Shown here: piece by piece, positions 62,128 through 64,000 of the stretch
How positions within the stretch are numbered: the stretch's first letter is position 1
How the letters are laid out: the number at the start of each line of letters is the position of its first letter
Origin: Azolla caroliniana
Lineage: Eukaryota > Plantae > Polypodiophyta
Reading direction: 5' to 3'
Assembly (NCBI GenBank): GCA_043228905.1
Contig: JBHGNT010000012.1
Location: forward strand, 4,340,001 to 4,404,000
Length of the DNA stretch: 64,000 nucleotides
The notes under the pieces: model-generated
Told to the model about the DNA's origin: nothing
Database searches by the model: none
Seen by the model: the letters and a program-made list of their open reading frames with translations, nothing else
Program-made: the position numbers and the translations under genes

Positions 62128-63474
62128 TCATATAATACAAACAATAGAATAGTAGAGCCACATACTGTACGGGTGTACTTTTAAACCCCAAGCATAGTAC
62201 CACTCAGCCGCAATTGTAGTTTTACAGTCCATACATGTATTCTCTTTCTCAAAATGATACTTAGCACATAACACATGATATGTGTGCAAGCACAGTGTAA
62301 TCACAACATCCATAGCCTCCAGCTTGAATCCGAGGCCACAAAATATACACCTAGCAGATTGCAAACACAAGTTATAATATATTAGCTAATATGATATTTA
62401 TACCACAGAAGTAGAAATAAATAACTTTTAAAGCCAATACCGTGATATAGCTATACTAGTAATGGTACTTTCCATACCACTTGGGTGCTCAATTACAGAT
62501 GGACACAAAGTTTCAAAACCTTTTTGTTTTAAATCCTGCATCAAGCACGCAAGGTTCTCGGAATGCAACTTTAAAGCTGACAACTTATTATCTATTTCGG
62601 AATGTGCATTCCTGCAAGTATCAAGGTCTCTCATCTGTGAACCTAATTGAGTGCCCATATTGTTTAGCTCTTTCTTCAACTCCTCTTTCAACACCTCACT
62701 TCTTGAATTTTGGATTGTCGATGCAATCCATTCATATGTAGTCTTTAATGAAGAGAATTTCTTTTCTGCCTGTATCTCAGCTGATTTAATTGCTTCCAAA
62801 TCAACAAGTAGTGCTTGTATTCTTGAGCTCAAAGATGCTATGAAACTGGCCATCATCTGTTCATTCTTTTCAGTCATTGTGGCCCGTACCTTTGCAGATT
62901 GAACTTGGTGGACAAGTGTTGTAGCCGGAATATCCACATGAGAGGTTCCCGATGACTTCAAGCCAGTGTTGGTACTGGAGGACCCTTTATAATGTTCTGA
63001 CCGGTGCCGATTAAAATCTTCCCAATCTACGTCGATGCCACCATGAACTTCACATGGAAATGCATGTGCAAAAACAATACCCACCTCATTGTTACAAATT
63101 TGATTTGTATCATAAACATATTCATATCTCGTCTTCAATAAGTTGACATATTCCCTCTTCAATCCACTTATGTGGAATCCTCGCCTTGTATCGGGATGTG
63201 CTGACCCCCAGGTTTTTATCAACCACTCTCTCAGCTCAGGATAAACTTCAGGTCGTGCTCGAAGGAAATAACTCCATCCGAGAGGTGTGTCTCGAATGAT
63301 GGAGTGGTACATCTTCTTTCTCTGTGTTGATGAATTCATCACCCTTTCTCTTGTGGGTGTCTTCTTGCTTTCTTTGAGAGGTGTCCTTTTCCCTTCCTTC
63401 ATTGGTGTCTTCACTTTCTCTTTCATCAATGTCTTCTTTATGGGTGTCCTTCTCATCATTGTTCTAGTCATCAA
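62128..63474 (-). CDS. Spliced gene or pseudogene: basic repeats, unknown domain, coiled coil, then RING-H2 finger; probably transposon-borne
   Basis: 348-aa ORF joined by a GT-AG phase-2 intron (62440-62351) to CIFC-x15-CLHTYHVLC-x10-CMDC; true start and end uncertain. Confidence 0.7.
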
Positions 63475-63614
63475 TTCTCGTTGAATTAATATGCATGTAC
63501 TAGAATAAAACTCATCAAATTACCATCAACACATAGCAAGTAATCACATTGCATGTACAAGCCATGTCAAACACACAAAAACCCTAAATAGTCGGAAGAA
63601 AACTCATCCATGTT

Positions 63615-64000
63615 TGTTGGAAATCAACACTTCGATTCTCCTTCTTCACTCGGCCACAACCGAGTAAGCACGAATCAATGCAGCAGAAAATAGGAAACCA
63701 CAGAGAGAAACACAAATACGCAGGGATTAACGTGGAAAACCCTAAACGGGAAAAACCACGGGAGTACAAGACTCCAAACCACCACTATACACAGAGAAGT
63801 ATACAATGGCGAGCTGCAAGGCGACGACCTTGAGCTCGCTGTCCTCGCCACAGGCGGCGGAAAATACAAAGTGGCGTCGTCCTCTTCCTCTCTCACGCTC
63901 TATCTCTCTCTCTCTCTCTCTCACGGCTGCTCCCACTTCACTCCTCTAGAGTGGAAAAACAGAAAAATGATAAGCAACAACAAAACAGTTTGCCCTAAGT
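63615..64000 (-). mobile_element. Copia LTR of the E-like group running off the window
   Basis: Starts TGTTGG; CCACAACCGAG, ACGTGGAAAACCC, AAAAACCACGG and GTTTGCCCTAAGT shared with the Copia E LTR. Confidence 0.8.

Noticed and set aside
63578-63590. AAACCCTAA as telomeric sequence
   Set aside because: A single unit; at most a telo-box.

Overview
Plant genomic DNA, probably from a non-seed land plant (inferred from the transposon lineages present), consisting almost entirely of nested transposable elements. Most boundaries can be fixed by TG..CA LTR ends and target-site duplications (TSDs). Nest 1 (2.3-26.8 kb): Copia A contains Copia B, which contains Copia C and Copia D; D contains a solo LTR, which contains Copia E. 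Nest 2 (27.2-51.5 kb): a degenerate Gypsy-derived host J contains an Athila-like Gypsy G, a deleted Copia H (itself holding an intact Tcn1-like chromovirus) and a non-autonomous LTR element I. Also present: a hAT MITE, two LINE 3' fragments, a DUF247 pseudogene fragment, a Tork-like Copia K, Copia F, a minisatellite and a spliced coiled-coil/RING-H2 gene. Best candidate for a new system: G and I have no polypurine tract (PPT) and instead carry a second, inward-facing tRNA primer-binding site (PBS) next to the 3' LTR, suggesting tRNA priming of both DNA strands. Also notable are antisense tRNA-derived Pol III cassettes in two LTR families, a self-priming PBS, and a stem enclosing the PPT/LTR junction in eight elements from at least four sequence-unrelated groups. 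All calls were made by eye, without database searches.
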